Shown here one piece after another: positions 1 to 10,621 of a stretch of 42,861 nt of DNA (position 1 is its first letter; every line of letters starts with the position of its first letter). This stretch comes from Oscillospiraceae bacterium. Lineage in GTDB: Bacteria; Bacillota_I; Bacilli_A; RFN20; CAG-826. Position numbers and translations under genes: made by a program. The DNA is taken from NCBI GenBank assembly GCA_963644615.1, contig CAVIPP010000002.1, positions 1 to 42,861 of the forward strand, given 5' to 3'. Below the pieces are notes generated by a model. The model did not search any database, was not told the origin of the DNA, and saw only the letters and a program-made list of their open reading frames with translations.

Positions 1-1740
1 GCTTATGATGCTTTGAATGAATATGTCGAAAAAGTAGATGGTGTATTTAACAAACAATCACTAGATGGATTCGACAATCTTAAAGACTACACTTTTGTTA
101 TTTATCAACATGGTATTGCAAATTTATTTATGCTGTTTGAGAAGAGAGACTACTATTTACAGAAGATAGAAAAGACGCAATTATTCTATAAGCCCAATTA
201 TTATCAAAATGGAATTCCTTTCTATTCTGAAACAGGCTTAGAGTATCCTTTTGATTCTCAAAGTGATTTCACTAAAGGATATTATACAATAAAAGAAGCA
301 ACTATTCATTTTGTAAGACCTACTGAGTTTAATATGGATGCAAGTTATTACAATGAAGTTAGTGGTGAATACGTCCCAATTTATACAATTAGACAAATTA
401 TAAATTCAGGTAAATACTACTATTTTGATTACACGACAAAAACAGAAACATCTTTTATCAAAAATAGAACTAAATTTGATGTTACTATATATCAACATAA
501 ACAAGTAGGAACGACAAATGAAGATGGTTCTTATATTATTGAATCAGATAAAGCACAACTGTTAACAAACATAACTTCCTTTATAGTAGACTGAAAAGGA
601 GCAAAAAGTGCAACAGTTTCTATACCGAATGAAGATAATTTTCTTATTATTAAAGTAGAAGATCAAACACTAGATAGTGATGCAACTTTATTCGCATCAA
701 TGACAAATGGTAGTTTTTGATACCGATACGCGCGTAGTAATAAATATCCAATTTGTTTCTCTCAAGCCGCAGCAATTGAGACACAATTAACCGAATATTG
801 AAATAATGCTTATACAGCAAGTAAGTTCTGTGAGTATTACTTACCTGACACTTGAGTTCAATATAGTGATCAAAAGGAAAATTATACGTTCGAAAAGATA
901 TTTAAAGTAACAAGCACTGAATTGCAAATCATAGATGATATTTTGCCGCAAGTTGAAATTTTTACTCGTAGAGGAAACGCAGTTTTAGATAAATTTCAAT
1001 GAACTTATAATCCTCCTAGTAAATTATCATCTGCAACACAGGTCTTAAATCAAAATATTGAAAATGAATATGTCCCAGCGTCTCAAATTGAAGATAATGA
1101 GGCAATCCGCAATATTATGATAATGTTGGGTGAAGATATCGAAAACTTCCAATTAGAAAAAATAGGCAAGCAAACTTATTATTATTCTCGCACTGGTGGC
1201 ATCTATTGAAATGAATTGATTAAGGAATTAACAGGAAAAGCTTATGAGCAATATAATGGGTTATATGTAATGATATATCAAAAATTATTAATGTATGATC
1301 CATTGTCTCTAAGCACTTATGAGAAATTAGTTAAAGACCACGATAATAAATGAAAGGAAATTTATCAACGTTTCAACCATGTTATTTTAGAGAACTCCTA
1401 TGAAAATAACGATGCAACAACAACTAATGAACTTTATACTGCTGCATATTATTATTTCTTAGACTTGACAAAGCCTGAAAGACAGTATAATATATCAATT
1501 ACCGATTTGTATTTATTAAAAGGGTATCATGGGCAAGAATTAAAAATTGGAGATCCTATTGAACTTAGAGCAGATGATTTCTATTCTAAAAAAGACTTGA
1601 TTTACAAATCATTAAAACAATATCTATTTATTTCAGATTTATCTTATGATTTGCGCAATCAATCAAAATTAACTGTCACGATTAATAATGTTAAATACAG
1701 CGACAAATTGATTAATAGATTAGTATCATTAATCAGATAG
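1..1740 (+). CDS. Tail-associated structural protein, 5'-partial (enters from upstream of the window); one ORF only if TGA is sense
   Basis: Track ORFs 13..594 and 1465..1740 share frame 1. I translated 595-1464 codon by codon and found no TAA/TAG and 7 in-frame TGA (592, 718, 799, 853, 1000, 1207, 1351). Ends TAG 1738-1740, followed by a strong hairpin. The product guess is weak and rests on the adjacent tail-fibre gene and a C-terminal region resembling siphovirus tail/endopeptidase-tail proteins. Confidence 0.75.
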
Positions 1741-1747
1741 TAAAAAC

Positions 1748-1777
1748 GAGAGAGAAGAAATTGACTTCTTCTCTCTC
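1748..1777 (+). terminator. Perfect 12-bp hairpin after the tail gene
   Basis: gagagagaagaa (1748-1759) pairs with ttcttctctctc (1766-1777) around the 6-nt loop attgac. There is no clear U-tract, so it may be a partial terminator or RNA-stability element. Confidence 0.5.
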
Positions 1778-1789
1778 AAATAGTATAGT
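1761..1789 (+). promoter_or_regulatory. Sigma-70-like promoter for the tail-fibre gene; the -35 box lies inside the upstream hairpin
   Basis: TTGACT (1761-1766), 17-nt spacer, TATAGT (1784-1789), then AAGGAG RBS and ATG at 1812. Confidence 0.5.
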
Positions 1790-1811
1790 TATTATATAAG
1801 GAGAATTAAAT

Positions 1812-2615
1812 ATGCCAGCAAATTGAAAATATGTTAAAGGATTAAATCAAGAACAAGAGAAATCATTTTATACATACTTAAATTTTAACACTCCAAAAGA
1901 CGCTAATGATCCATCTAAACCTTTGGAATGGATGCCTACTGTTACTTTGAAGTGAGATAGTGCGGAACATTCATTAGGTAGAATATTATGTAGTGAAGTC
2001 GAAGGACAAACTATAAAAGGAGACTTTTCTTTGTCTGCAGGCAACTTAATTATACCGAATAATTGTTTTTTACAAACAAAAAGTGCAGACAAGCAGAACA
2101 ATTTAATTGGATATTCAGAATCTTCTAAAAGTATTGAAATCGGTTCGTCTGACATTTCTAAAGTTAATGTTTCTAATAATCTGCATATAACAAATTATTG
2201 TACATTAGGTCCCGTGACACCAGGAGGTAAAGAGCCTGTGGCGGGAGATGTATACTCTAATAATCTTTATGCGATTAATAAGTGCGAAGCAGGCTTCTTT
2301 AATACTACTTCAGACAAACGCGCGAAAACAAATATTAAAGAGCTTCAATTAGACGCGGTTTCATTCATCAAAAAAGTTCCTTTATATTCTTTCACATATA
2401 AAGATACAGACATCCCTTCTATTGGAATTCTTGCGCAAGATGTTCAAGATTTAAACATCGAAGGGTTCAAAGTAGTTGATAATATAGATGCTACTGGACA
2501 AAATATGGATTATATGTCCATCCATGAATCTAAATTAGTATATATATTGTGGCAAGCAATAAAGCAACAACAAAAAGAAATTGATGAATTAAAAGCGCAA
2601 TTAAAAAATAAATAA
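1812..2615 (+). CDS. Tail fibre / receptor-binding protein with C-terminal S74 intramolecular-chaperone (autoproteolytic) domain
   Basis: ATG 1812 follows an AAGGAG RBS. It is in frame with track ORF 2031..2615 through 2 in-frame TGA (1824, 1953). The C-terminus SDKRAKTNIKEL...LAQDVQ...ESKLVYILWQAIKQQQKEIDELKAQL is the typical S74 chaperone signature. Stop is TAA. Confidence 0.85.
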
Positions 2616-2691
2616 TTGTTTGCGAAGAGGGTGGTTGGAGCATCGATTTTTTTGGCCTGTGACTATTCCGGACACCCATTCGTTTTCTTTT

Positions 2692-2720
2692 AAAAAGACC
2701 TTAGTTATTAAGGTCTTTTT
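2692..2720. terminator. Bidirectional intrinsic terminator between convergent genes
   Basis: aaaaagacctta (2692-2703) pairs with taaggtcttttt (2709-2720). A-run on one side and T-run on the other. It overlaps the stop of the minus-strand gene ending at 2701. Confidence 0.75.
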
Positions 2721-4893
2721 TATCATTTTTTGTATATAAAACAAAACAGTTATGTTTGGCTTTATTAGCATCACGATAAGTGCTTACGCTACATTTTGCA
2801 GGTTGACCTCCAAATAATTGTAACGCTGCTATTTCTGCTGCCGGACTTAATTGTTTTATTCTTTTTTGTACAAGGGTAGAAGAAGGACGCCCAATGAATT
2901 TAGATATAAAAATAGGAGTACTGTATTTTCCTACAAATTCTGGTTCTTCGCTGTTTCCTGAACCATATAATCACTTACGACCTCATTGTTTAAAACGATC
3001 TCCAAGGACTCGGTCAGTTCACTCAATATTGTATTTTTCCGTATGTGTTATAAATTCGTCAATATCTAATATTCCTCATTGAAAACATATAGGAACAAAC
3101 TGACCATTAACAGTAAAATCATCATTTTTATTTAAATGATTTTTTCCATCGGGACGCATTTTTGCGAAGAAATGAATTAAATTATATTCATAATTTGGTA
3201 AAAATAGATGTTTAACGAATCATTTATAAGTATAAGTCGTATTATATTTAGAAATACCACCAAGGTTTCGATATCCTGATCAACCGCTGGATTTTACTTC
3301 ATAACCAAGAAGAGGTTTTTTATCTTTGTTATTATTTCTAAAATTAATAGTATACCATTTATCAAACTGTAAGGGGGATACTCATTTTGGTAGTGCAGTA
3401 GCATTTGGTTTATATGGTTGCGTTGTTTCTCCTTGACGACAGAAAACGGCATTATCTATTTGAGCATCTAAATATAACTTTATATAAGAATATGATTGAA
3501 TATCTTCTATTTTATCGCCATTATAATAATAATAAATAGTACCTTTTTTATAAGAAGCTTCAACATAGTAAAATCCTTTTTTAGCTTCTTCCTTTTCATA
3601 TAATCCACCATGATCTTGTGCGGCTTTAGAAAAATCGTCTCATGATTCGTAAGAGCCTAGTTCTACATATAACTTGCTAGGAGTATTATAAAACAATTCT
3701 AATCTAAAAACCCCGATATTAACGTATGGTTTATATATTACAACATTAGTTGATGAAATATGACCTGCAGACGACTGAAAGGTAGTTGATACGCCATCAC
3801 TTAAAGTATATGTTCCTCATTCATTATTAGCATATTGAACAGGTTTATTAGTCATATCTATTAATCTGATATTATTTCTTTGTGTGTTTACGGTATATTC
3901 AAATTCTTTGCCATCAGGTTGTCGTCAAGAATTCTTCCTTCTATAACAGTTAACAATATAATCTCGTGAAGGAACTAATACTAATTCTAAGTTTTGTTGC
4001 AGTAAATAATTCATTATTTGAACAGAAGTGTATTCTATATAATAAAAATCTTTCTTGTTGTCTTTATTTACATCATATCCGATATAAGTTCCATCAGACA
4101 AATATAAAATTCCGTTATTCTCTATTAAAGCTGCTAAAAATTTTTCATAGGGACTATATTTTGTACCAGTAGTTCCTCCTTTTATCGTAAAAAAACTTTC
4201 ATCTTTGTGTGTGTTATATTCATCCTGAATACTATCATAAGGTTCTAAATCATTTTTTGTCGCAGATATTTTTCAATATAAGTTCTCATTAATTTCCAAT
4301 TGGTTACAAAATTCATTTGCAGTTGAAAACGTTAGTGCTTCACTGTTATATATATTATCTATGCCGATTTTTAAACATTCTGGTTCTGTATCATCATATA
4401 TAATTTTTGGAGGCACGTCTTGTAAGCGCTCTAATATAGCACTAGATCCTTTAGATTGGAGAATTTTATAATCACGATAGATAACTTTTTGTTGTAGCAA
4501 TCCAGGTGATTGATATTCTAAAATAGTTCCTTTATCATCTAAAGAATATCCAGTAGAAGAATGAAAGAAAAAGAAAGAAAAATTATCTAAAGAATATGTC
4601 TGACTTGCATTTTCTCCTGTTATATATAAAGTTCCATTATCTTCTTTTACACCAGTGATATAAAACATTATATAAAAATTGCGCAAAGAGGGATTTCCTT
4701 CTATGCTTGTAATATTTTGTAAAGAAGAAATATCAGGGCGAGTAGGAATAAAAAAGCCCTTGTTTGTAATAGTTTCTTCTTTATCATATTTAAGAATATA
4801 ACTTGTATTTATTTGAAAATTGTTTGGTTTATTTGTTAATTCATATGGTTCCGAAATTGGTTGAACATAATAAAAATCTTTTTTATTTTGCAA
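2701..4893 (-). CDS. Large hypothetical protein (~730 aa), probably structural; start codon uncertain
   Basis: I translated 4272 down to 2701 in one frame and found no TAA/TAG and at least 11 in-frame TGA (for example 4273, 3925, 3817, 3640, 3382, 3280, 3220). Stop is TAA 2701-2703. The only start candidates after the upstream TAG (4948) are TTG 4893 or ATT/ATA codons; the first ATG is about 70 codons in. Confidence 0.65.
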
Positions 4894-4947
4894 ACCTCTG
4901 GCAGGACTTTCAATTATATATTGATAATAAATACGTGCGTCTGAAGG

Positions 4948-5487
4948 CTATTTACCATAACGACTTACTATTTGAAAAATATAATCTTCATAAGGATTAA
5001 TTTTTATTTTTCCTGTACAATAGGCTTCATTCGAAATAAAGGGGAGAGAACGGATATCTCTATAACAAGAAGGGTATGCTACAGTATATGCTCAAGTTAA
5101 TGTTCAAGGAAAAAACAAACCCTTGTCACAACATTGATATCAATGATTAGGATATATAGAAGAATTAACTTTAACATATGAATTATTTTTTATTTGTGTA
5201 TCATAATTTTGTTGATAGAAATCAGAATTAACCACATACAATTTTGTATACTCATCAGGCTGTGCGAAGTTAAATAAGATGGTCTTCAAATCTATGGTAT
5301 TGGCTGCAGAATCATCTTTTACCTGCTCATATGTTTTATCGCTAGCCAATGAACGACCAGAGCGGATATGAGTAGGCATCAAATTAGTAACACGTTTGCC
5401 AACTATATCACCATAAATATTAGGGCCAGCATCTTTTTCTAAAGTATTATGTATTTTTTGATAATTTAATTCATAAGTATTCGCCAT
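4948..5487 (-). CDS. Hypothetical protein (179 aa)
   Basis: Track ORF 5140..5487 extends through 3 in-frame TGA (5140, 5104, 5092) to TAG 4948-4950. Its ATG overlaps the upstream TAA (TAATG at 5485-5489). Confidence 0.7.
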
Positions 5488-6209
5488 TAATTTTTCCTCC
5501 CAAAAGCCAAACCTAAATCCTCTTTATGCTTTTGCGCACCATAACGACCAATTAAAATAGCCTCAGCCGCATCATCATTAACTCGAATTCCATATTTCTC
5601 TTTTACCATTGCCACACTAAGTTGTTTTTCTTGAATACGAGTTTTTCCGCATGTTCCCGCGTATTTTCGCCATACATTAGGACTAACAATCTCATAAGGA
5701 ATATTATTTTCAAAGCATGACACTTCAATAATTCCTAAAAGCATGGCAAGAATTTTATAAGTTAGAACAGCACCGTATTGATATTGAATATCTTCAAACA
5801 CGATGAAATCCGGTTTTCATTCTTTGACAACTATATTATTAACAAAATTTTTAATCTGTGCAAGTCTAGACGTAACGTTCCCTACAAAAGTATAAAGATT
5901 GAAAAATATAAGTTCTCCATTTTCAAAGATACTTAAACCAAAATGTTCTGTTGCTTGATCAAAAGCAATTACTCTGAAACCTTTTTTAGGAGGAACTATT
6001 GTAGGGTTGATAAATTTAATATTGACGTCGCATTGCGGGCAAGTAAAACTAGGTAAACGAAAATTGGCAAAACTAGTTTGTATACAGTGTCCTTTTGGAC
6101 AACGAATAGTAATTATACTTTCCATATTGGTATAATTACTTGCATCAACTAAACTATAACCTTTTGCTTCAACTTCTTGTCTGATATCTTCTTGTGAAAG
6201 ACGACCCAT
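5487..6209 (-). CDS. RuvC-like Holliday-junction resolvase with an N-terminal zinc-ribbon-like module
   Basis: Track ORFs 5817..6209 and 5487..5801 are in the same frame, joined by a single TGA (5817-5819). CPKGHC...CPQC precedes VIAFDQATEHFG (RuvC motif I), FEDIQ and NDDAAEAILIG (C-terminal acidic motif). Stop is TAA. Confidence 0.8.
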
Positions 6210-6388
6210 TATTTATTTCCTTTTTTCTCTTTAAGTAGTGCTTCTACGATTGCCGCCTTAATAATTAAATCACTATCCAAAATCATTTTACTAATACTGT
6301 TGCGGATTTCATTCGCTTTACTTTCTAATTCTTCGATAGTAAAATTTTCGATAGATTGTCTAAATTCTAATATTTGTTCTTTTTCCAT
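6209..6388 (-). CDS. Small acidic hypothetical protein (59 aa; below the track cutoff)
   Basis: ATG 6388 follows an AAGGAG RBS. Sequence MEKEQILEFRQSIENF...KEKKGNK. Its TAA overlaps the ATG of the resolvase gene (TAATG). Confidence 0.55.
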   Translation of the reverse strand: MEKEQILEFRQSIENFTIEELESKANEIRNSISKMILDSDLIIKAAIVEALLKEKKGNK

Positions 6389-6409
6389 AAAGATACTCCT
6401 TTATATTTA

Positions 6410-6438
6410 TATTATAGAAAAACAAAATGGTAAAAACA
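6410..6438 (-). promoter_or_regulatory. Sigma-70-like promoter for the minus-strand operon 6388 down to 2701
   Basis: On the minus strand: TTGTTT (6433-6438), 17-nt spacer, TATAAT (6410-6415). Confidence 0.45.
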
Positions 6439-6486
6439 AAAATGTTCAGTTGCATTATTCTAAAAAGATATTTTTCACGCTCGAGT

Positions 6487-6515
6487 TTGATTTTTAAAGG
6501 AGTCCTCGATATAAT
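6487..6515 (+). promoter_or_regulatory. Divergent sigma-70-like promoter for the lysis cassette
   Basis: TTGATT (6487-6492), 17-nt spacer, TATAAT (6510-6515); GGAGG RBS and ATG at 6568 downstream. Confidence 0.5.
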
Positions 6516-6567
6516 AATAATGACCATAGAAAGAATATACAGTTCTTGGCGCGGAGGAATTAAGTAG

Positions 6568-7020
6568 ATGGAATGACTCGTAGGAGGAATGTGCGTTATT
6601 GCTAATCTTATAGTGACTACAGTGGTAGGTTTATATATTAAGTCTAAATGAGAAAAACGCGCAAAAGAACAACAAGAGTATAGTGAATTAAAAGACAAAC
6701 AATTGCGTGCAGAAAGACAAGAAGATATTCTTACTAATGTAACGAAAGTTGTAAAACCCATAGAAGAAAAATTGGCAATTGTCGAGCAACAACTTGCTAT
6801 AAATGCGGAAGGAGCCTGCGCGGGTCTCAGATGTCAATTATTAGAATTCTATTATGATTGCGCTAAGAAAGGCTTCCGAACCCAAGATGATAGTGAAAAC
6901 TTTACTAATATGTATAGTGCTTATACTAAACTAGGCGGAAATTCTTTTATTCAAAAAGATATTAGTAAGTGATTCTATGAGTTGCCGCATGAATCAATAA
7001 ATGTAAAAGGAGGCAAATAA
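6568..7020 (+). CDS. Membrane-anchored coiled-coil protein upstream of the holin (possible lysis-cassette component)
   Basis: ATG 6568 lies 8 nt after GGAGGAA. It is in frame with track ORF 6703..6972 through 3 TGA (6574, 6649, 6970). N-terminal TM segment LVGGMCVIANLIVTTVVGLYI. TAA at 7018-7020. Confidence 0.65.
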
Positions 7021-7021
7021 A

Positions 7022-7402
7022 ATGCCACAAGAAATTATGAATATTATCTGATCCGCTTTAGGTGTTATCATCACAGGATTAGTAACTTTTGGAGTTACAA
7101 AATTAACTTCATGGATTAACTCTAAAATAGGAGACCAAAAAGCTGCGAACTATTTATCGACAATTGTTACTTTAGTTGGTAATGCAGTCAAAGACATATA
7201 TCAAACCTATGTTGAATCTTTAAAAACACAAGGTAAGTTTGGACCAGAAGAACAAAAAGTAGCATTGGAAAAATGCTTAAATCAAATTAAATCTCAATTA
7301 GCTCCTGATTTAATAACATATATCACAACTAATTTTGGTGACATGGATAGTTATTTAAGATCTTTAATTGAAAGCACAATTTATAATCTTAAAAATAAAT
7401 AA
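7022..7402 (+). CDS. Holin, LL-H-like family (126 aa)
   Basis: AAAGGAGG RBS, ATG 7022, one in-frame TGA (7049). N-terminal TM ALGVIITGLVTFGV, then ...INSKIGDQKAANYL...AVKDIYQTYVESLKTQGKF..., the pattern I recall for LL-H-type holins. Missed by the track because of the TGA. Confidence 0.65.
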
Positions 7403-7424
7403 ATTAAATTTGAAAATATAAAAT

Positions 7425-7446
7425 AAAAGAGTCATTCGACTCTTTT
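7425..7446. terminator. Bidirectional intrinsic terminator
   Basis: aaaagagtc (7425-7433), loop attc, gactctttt (7438-7446); lies between the convergent holin and exonuclease genes. Confidence 0.7.
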
Positions 7447-8057
7447 TAAAATAGACTTTTTGTGCTGTCCGAGTTCCAATGATCTGGATGAACGATTGGG
7501 TCCACATAGAAGAAAATATTTTTAAGCATCAGAACGTCTGCCAAGGCATCATGCGCGCCGGCGCTGCTAAAACCCAATGCCTCCGCTACTAGGGTTAATC
7601 TCCATTTTCGACCAAGTTTATCTTTTAAACCAAAAAGGTTTTGTTTTTTTGCTATTGCAATGCAATCATAATAACCATCAATGCCAGGAAAAACTTCTTT
7701 ATTAAAATAATTATAAGGTATCTTTAATACTTTGCATCGCTCATTTAACATTGGACGGTCAAAAGCTTCACCATTATAAGTTAACACTACATCAACTTCT
7801 TGTTGTTTCATCCAACAGCAAAAATCTATCAATACTTCTGACTCAGGGCGACAATTAATTAAATCCTTTGCATAAATGCCATGGACTTTACTAGCATCAG
7901 GATCAATTTTATGAGTAGTTCTAATTCTTTCGTTAAAACTATCTATTATGTTTCCCTTTTCGTCACAAATGAGCGCGGCGATTTGGACAGGTGCGGCGCT
8001 ATTCCAGTAAACGCTAGTGGTTTCTGTATCCAATATACATATTCTTTTATATCCCAT
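7446..8057 (-). CDS. DEDDh 3'-5' exonuclease (DnaQ / Pol III epsilon-like)
   Basis: ILDTETT (Exo I), YNGEAFD (Exo II), HDALADV (Exo III). No in-frame TGA; 4 Trp, all TGG. I prefer the ATG at 8057 (AGAGG RBS) over the track start at 8096. Confidence 0.85.
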   Translation of the reverse strand: MGYKRICILDTETTSVYWNSAAPVQIAALICDEKGNIIDSFNERIRTTHKIDPDASKVHGIYAKDLINCRPESEVLIDFCCWMKQQEVDVVLTYNGEAFDRPMLNERCKVLKIPYNYFNKEVFPGIDGYYDCIAIAKKQNLFGLKDKLGRKWRLTLVAEALGFSSAGAHDALADVLMLKNIFFYVDPIVHPDHWNSDSTKSLF

Positions 8058-9177
8058 AAATAAATACCTCTTGTCATTTTTTTCAAGGAATATCATTCTC
8101 TGATAGAGAAGATTCTCCTCATTGTATTGTTAAAAAATCTTTGTCTGTATAGGTTTGTCTAAGTAAATCTCTAAAAACTTCATTTCATTTTTCAGGATGT
8201 CCCCAGAATTCTACGTTGCGGCCGAATTTGAGACCAGGACCGTATTCCGTTGTTATCCATTCTAGCCAACTGTATTGAAATTTATTATGTGTTCAATTAC
8301 TAATTGTTTCGAATAATAGGAAATAAGGCGTATCCATGCGGCTCGATATCATTTTTAATTCAATGGCGATCCTTCTTTTTTTTGCATCAACAATTACCTC
8401 TTTTATGCCGTTTCAGTCCTGTAACGCCGCGTCAGGGAATTTCCAGTGTTCTTTTGCAAATATCTTTATTATTAAAGGATTTATTTTAATTTCCTTTCAA
8501 TGTTCCTTCATTTTTTCTATTGCTTTTATACAGCATGAATATTGAGTTAAAGGAATTGGCACCCATTGAAAATTTACTCCTCGTTGAATATGAAGCTTCA
8601 AGAATAACGTTAAGAGTTCTTCATCAGAAGCTAATTTTGGAAGCCAAATTGGTTCAAAAAACGCCACATTTAGAACGTTTTGCAATTCAATAAGGACCTT
8701 TTTAAGATTTTCTTTTGAAGTTGTTCATAAATTAGTATCCGTTACAATAACCCTTTTAGTGTGGAAACTATTGCGCCAATTTTGTTTAATAGGAAGTAGT
8801 TCTCCTTTGTTATTAAGAAATCGTATTTGCTCTCCTCTTTCTCAATCTGTATTCTTTTCAGGATAAAGCAAGTAATCTGGTCGACAAGCGAGCATTGCAT
8901 CCGGCATGCGCCAATTAATTTTTCTTTTATAAGCCTTACCCCACCATCGAACCGCTCCATTTGTGTAAAATTCAAATGGAGCATTTGGGGTAGTTTCGTT
9001 TTCTTTTATAATATAATAAATATCATAAGGTCTATATATATCATCTTTTTTTAAAACGAAATTAATTTGATCACCGCATTGTTTATGATAACTTGCAATT
9101 TTCATCGCATCAGGGTTAAAACAATTAACTTTTTCTTTTGCATAATAATAGTCTAAGTCTCAAATAGTAATTTTCAT
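8047..9177 (-). CDS. Hypothetical protein (376 aa), TGA-rich
   Basis: ATG 9177 overlaps the polymerase TAA (TAATG). I translated the whole frame: track fragments 8842..9105 and 8497..8685 are joined, with 10 in-frame TGA (9160, 8842, 8725, 8497, 8413, 8293, 8185, 8119, 8083, 8074) and no TAA/TAG until 8047-8049. Confidence 0.75.
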
Positions 9178-10621
9178 TATGCATCCTTCTTTTCTTCGAA
9201 TTCAACGAAGTCACCGTCTTCATCTAAAATAATTTTCAAAATAGATTTACGACCTGTGCTTTTATAAACTTTCGGAACAAAAGTCATTCCTCTTTGAATA
9301 CCAGTTACCAATAAATGAACACCTTTTTCGAAGAAGCTATCTTGTTCAATATCTTTATCGCCGTTTTCGTCCGTATCGCCTACAACGTTCATAAAGGTTG
9401 CGAATAAATCTTTATAAACTTTTAAACTAACGACACCATCTGGACATTGTAAAGTAACTAAACCTTTTGTTCTATCTCTATCAATGACTGTTCCCGCGAT
9501 AGTATAAAGTTTCATACGAGGAATTTCTTTACCTTTAATATAGAAATTACCATCCTGCATACCTTCTACAATAGTATCAATTGGATTAATCGCTATTGGA
9601 AGCTGTTTAATAACTTTTTTCAAAGGATGTCCACTATAATAGAAGTTAATACTATCTAATTCCCATTGTAAATCGTCACCACTGCAATATTTTTGATATT
9701 CATCGCTAAATAGTCGTTCATTTAACGCTTTAAGTAAAGCTTCTTGATTTTTGGAAATATAAGTTTTAATCTTTGACATTTCTTTATTATAAAAGTAATC
9801 CCACTTAGTGCTGTCTAAGACTTTGCGCGGTTCATTATCAATCATCAATTCTTGGCCTTGGATTCCGCTATCCTTTAAGATATTCTTCCAAGATTCGATT
9901 TTATTACTAGGAATGTCTAGTCGATCAGCGCAATACCATAATTTTTTGCTGTCTCGATGTTTTCTTAGTTCCTTTGTCATTTTATATAAATCACTTTGAT
10001 AATCAAAATCTGAAGGAAGTAAGTGCAAATCAATTAACATATTCGCATTTTGTAAGGTTAATTTAGTTTTTAAGTCTGCAGTTGTAGAAATATATTCCTT
10101 TAAAATATCTTTTCTACTTTTGCCTTCTATATGGTCAAAAGCTCCGCATTTTATTAAATTAATTACTTTTGGCTTCGTTATTATTCTTTTTTGAACTTTT
10201 GATAAAAAATCTTTTAAGCTTGTAAAAGGTCTGTTGATCATAATTTCTTCAATAACGGGTTCAGTAATTTGAGAGATACCTTTTAAGCCATATAATATGC
10301 TATTATGTTTTACATCAGGAGTAAAAGATAATCTAGATTCATTTATATCTGGCATATCAATATTGCAAACGTTTCTAAACTTATCCAACGCGGACGCAAT
10401 CTTGGCATAATCCATTTTATTTTGAGCTTTCTTTTCCTCCCCCGCGTCGCCATCTACGATATCATTTTCAATTAAATTGTAAAAGTCGGCGGCATTAATC
10501 GCACTGCTATCGACAGATAAGCATGCACAATTCCAATAAATAATTGGATAATGATATGCTAAATTCATTTCTTGTAAAGCGATTAAAGCGTATCCAGTCG
10601 TATGAATTTCTGAAAAACTAT
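9177..10621 (-). CDS. dnaE: DNA polymerase III alpha (DnaE-type), exon 2
   Basis: The frame extends upstream of the track ATG (10568) as ..SFSEIHTTGYALIALQEMNLAYHYP, matching the DnaE GY-F-SH...YA...AHYP motif. No TGA. TAA at 9177-9179. Confidence 0.85.

Noticed and set aside
4948-4950. TAG as a second reassigned codon
   Set aside because: TAG terminates many well-delimited genes here: 1738, 13886, 19869, 20841, 23770, 24204, 26436, 27407, 36395, 36748, 40661. No TAG-decoding tRNA is present in the window. It is kept only as a local read-through possibility.
6300-6761. Track ORFs 6300..6497(+) and 6360..6761(-) in the divergent control region
   Set aside because: They span two promoters and the 5' part of the real plus-strand gene, have no RBS and have implausible composition. 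The genuine features are the 59-aa gene at 6209-6388 and the gene starting at 6568.
8742-9054. Track ORFs 8742..8984(-) and 8827..9054(+); also 8304..8545(+)
   Set aside because: They are in the wrong frame or strand relative to the continuous TGA-stitched gene 8047-9177, which I verified codon by codon.
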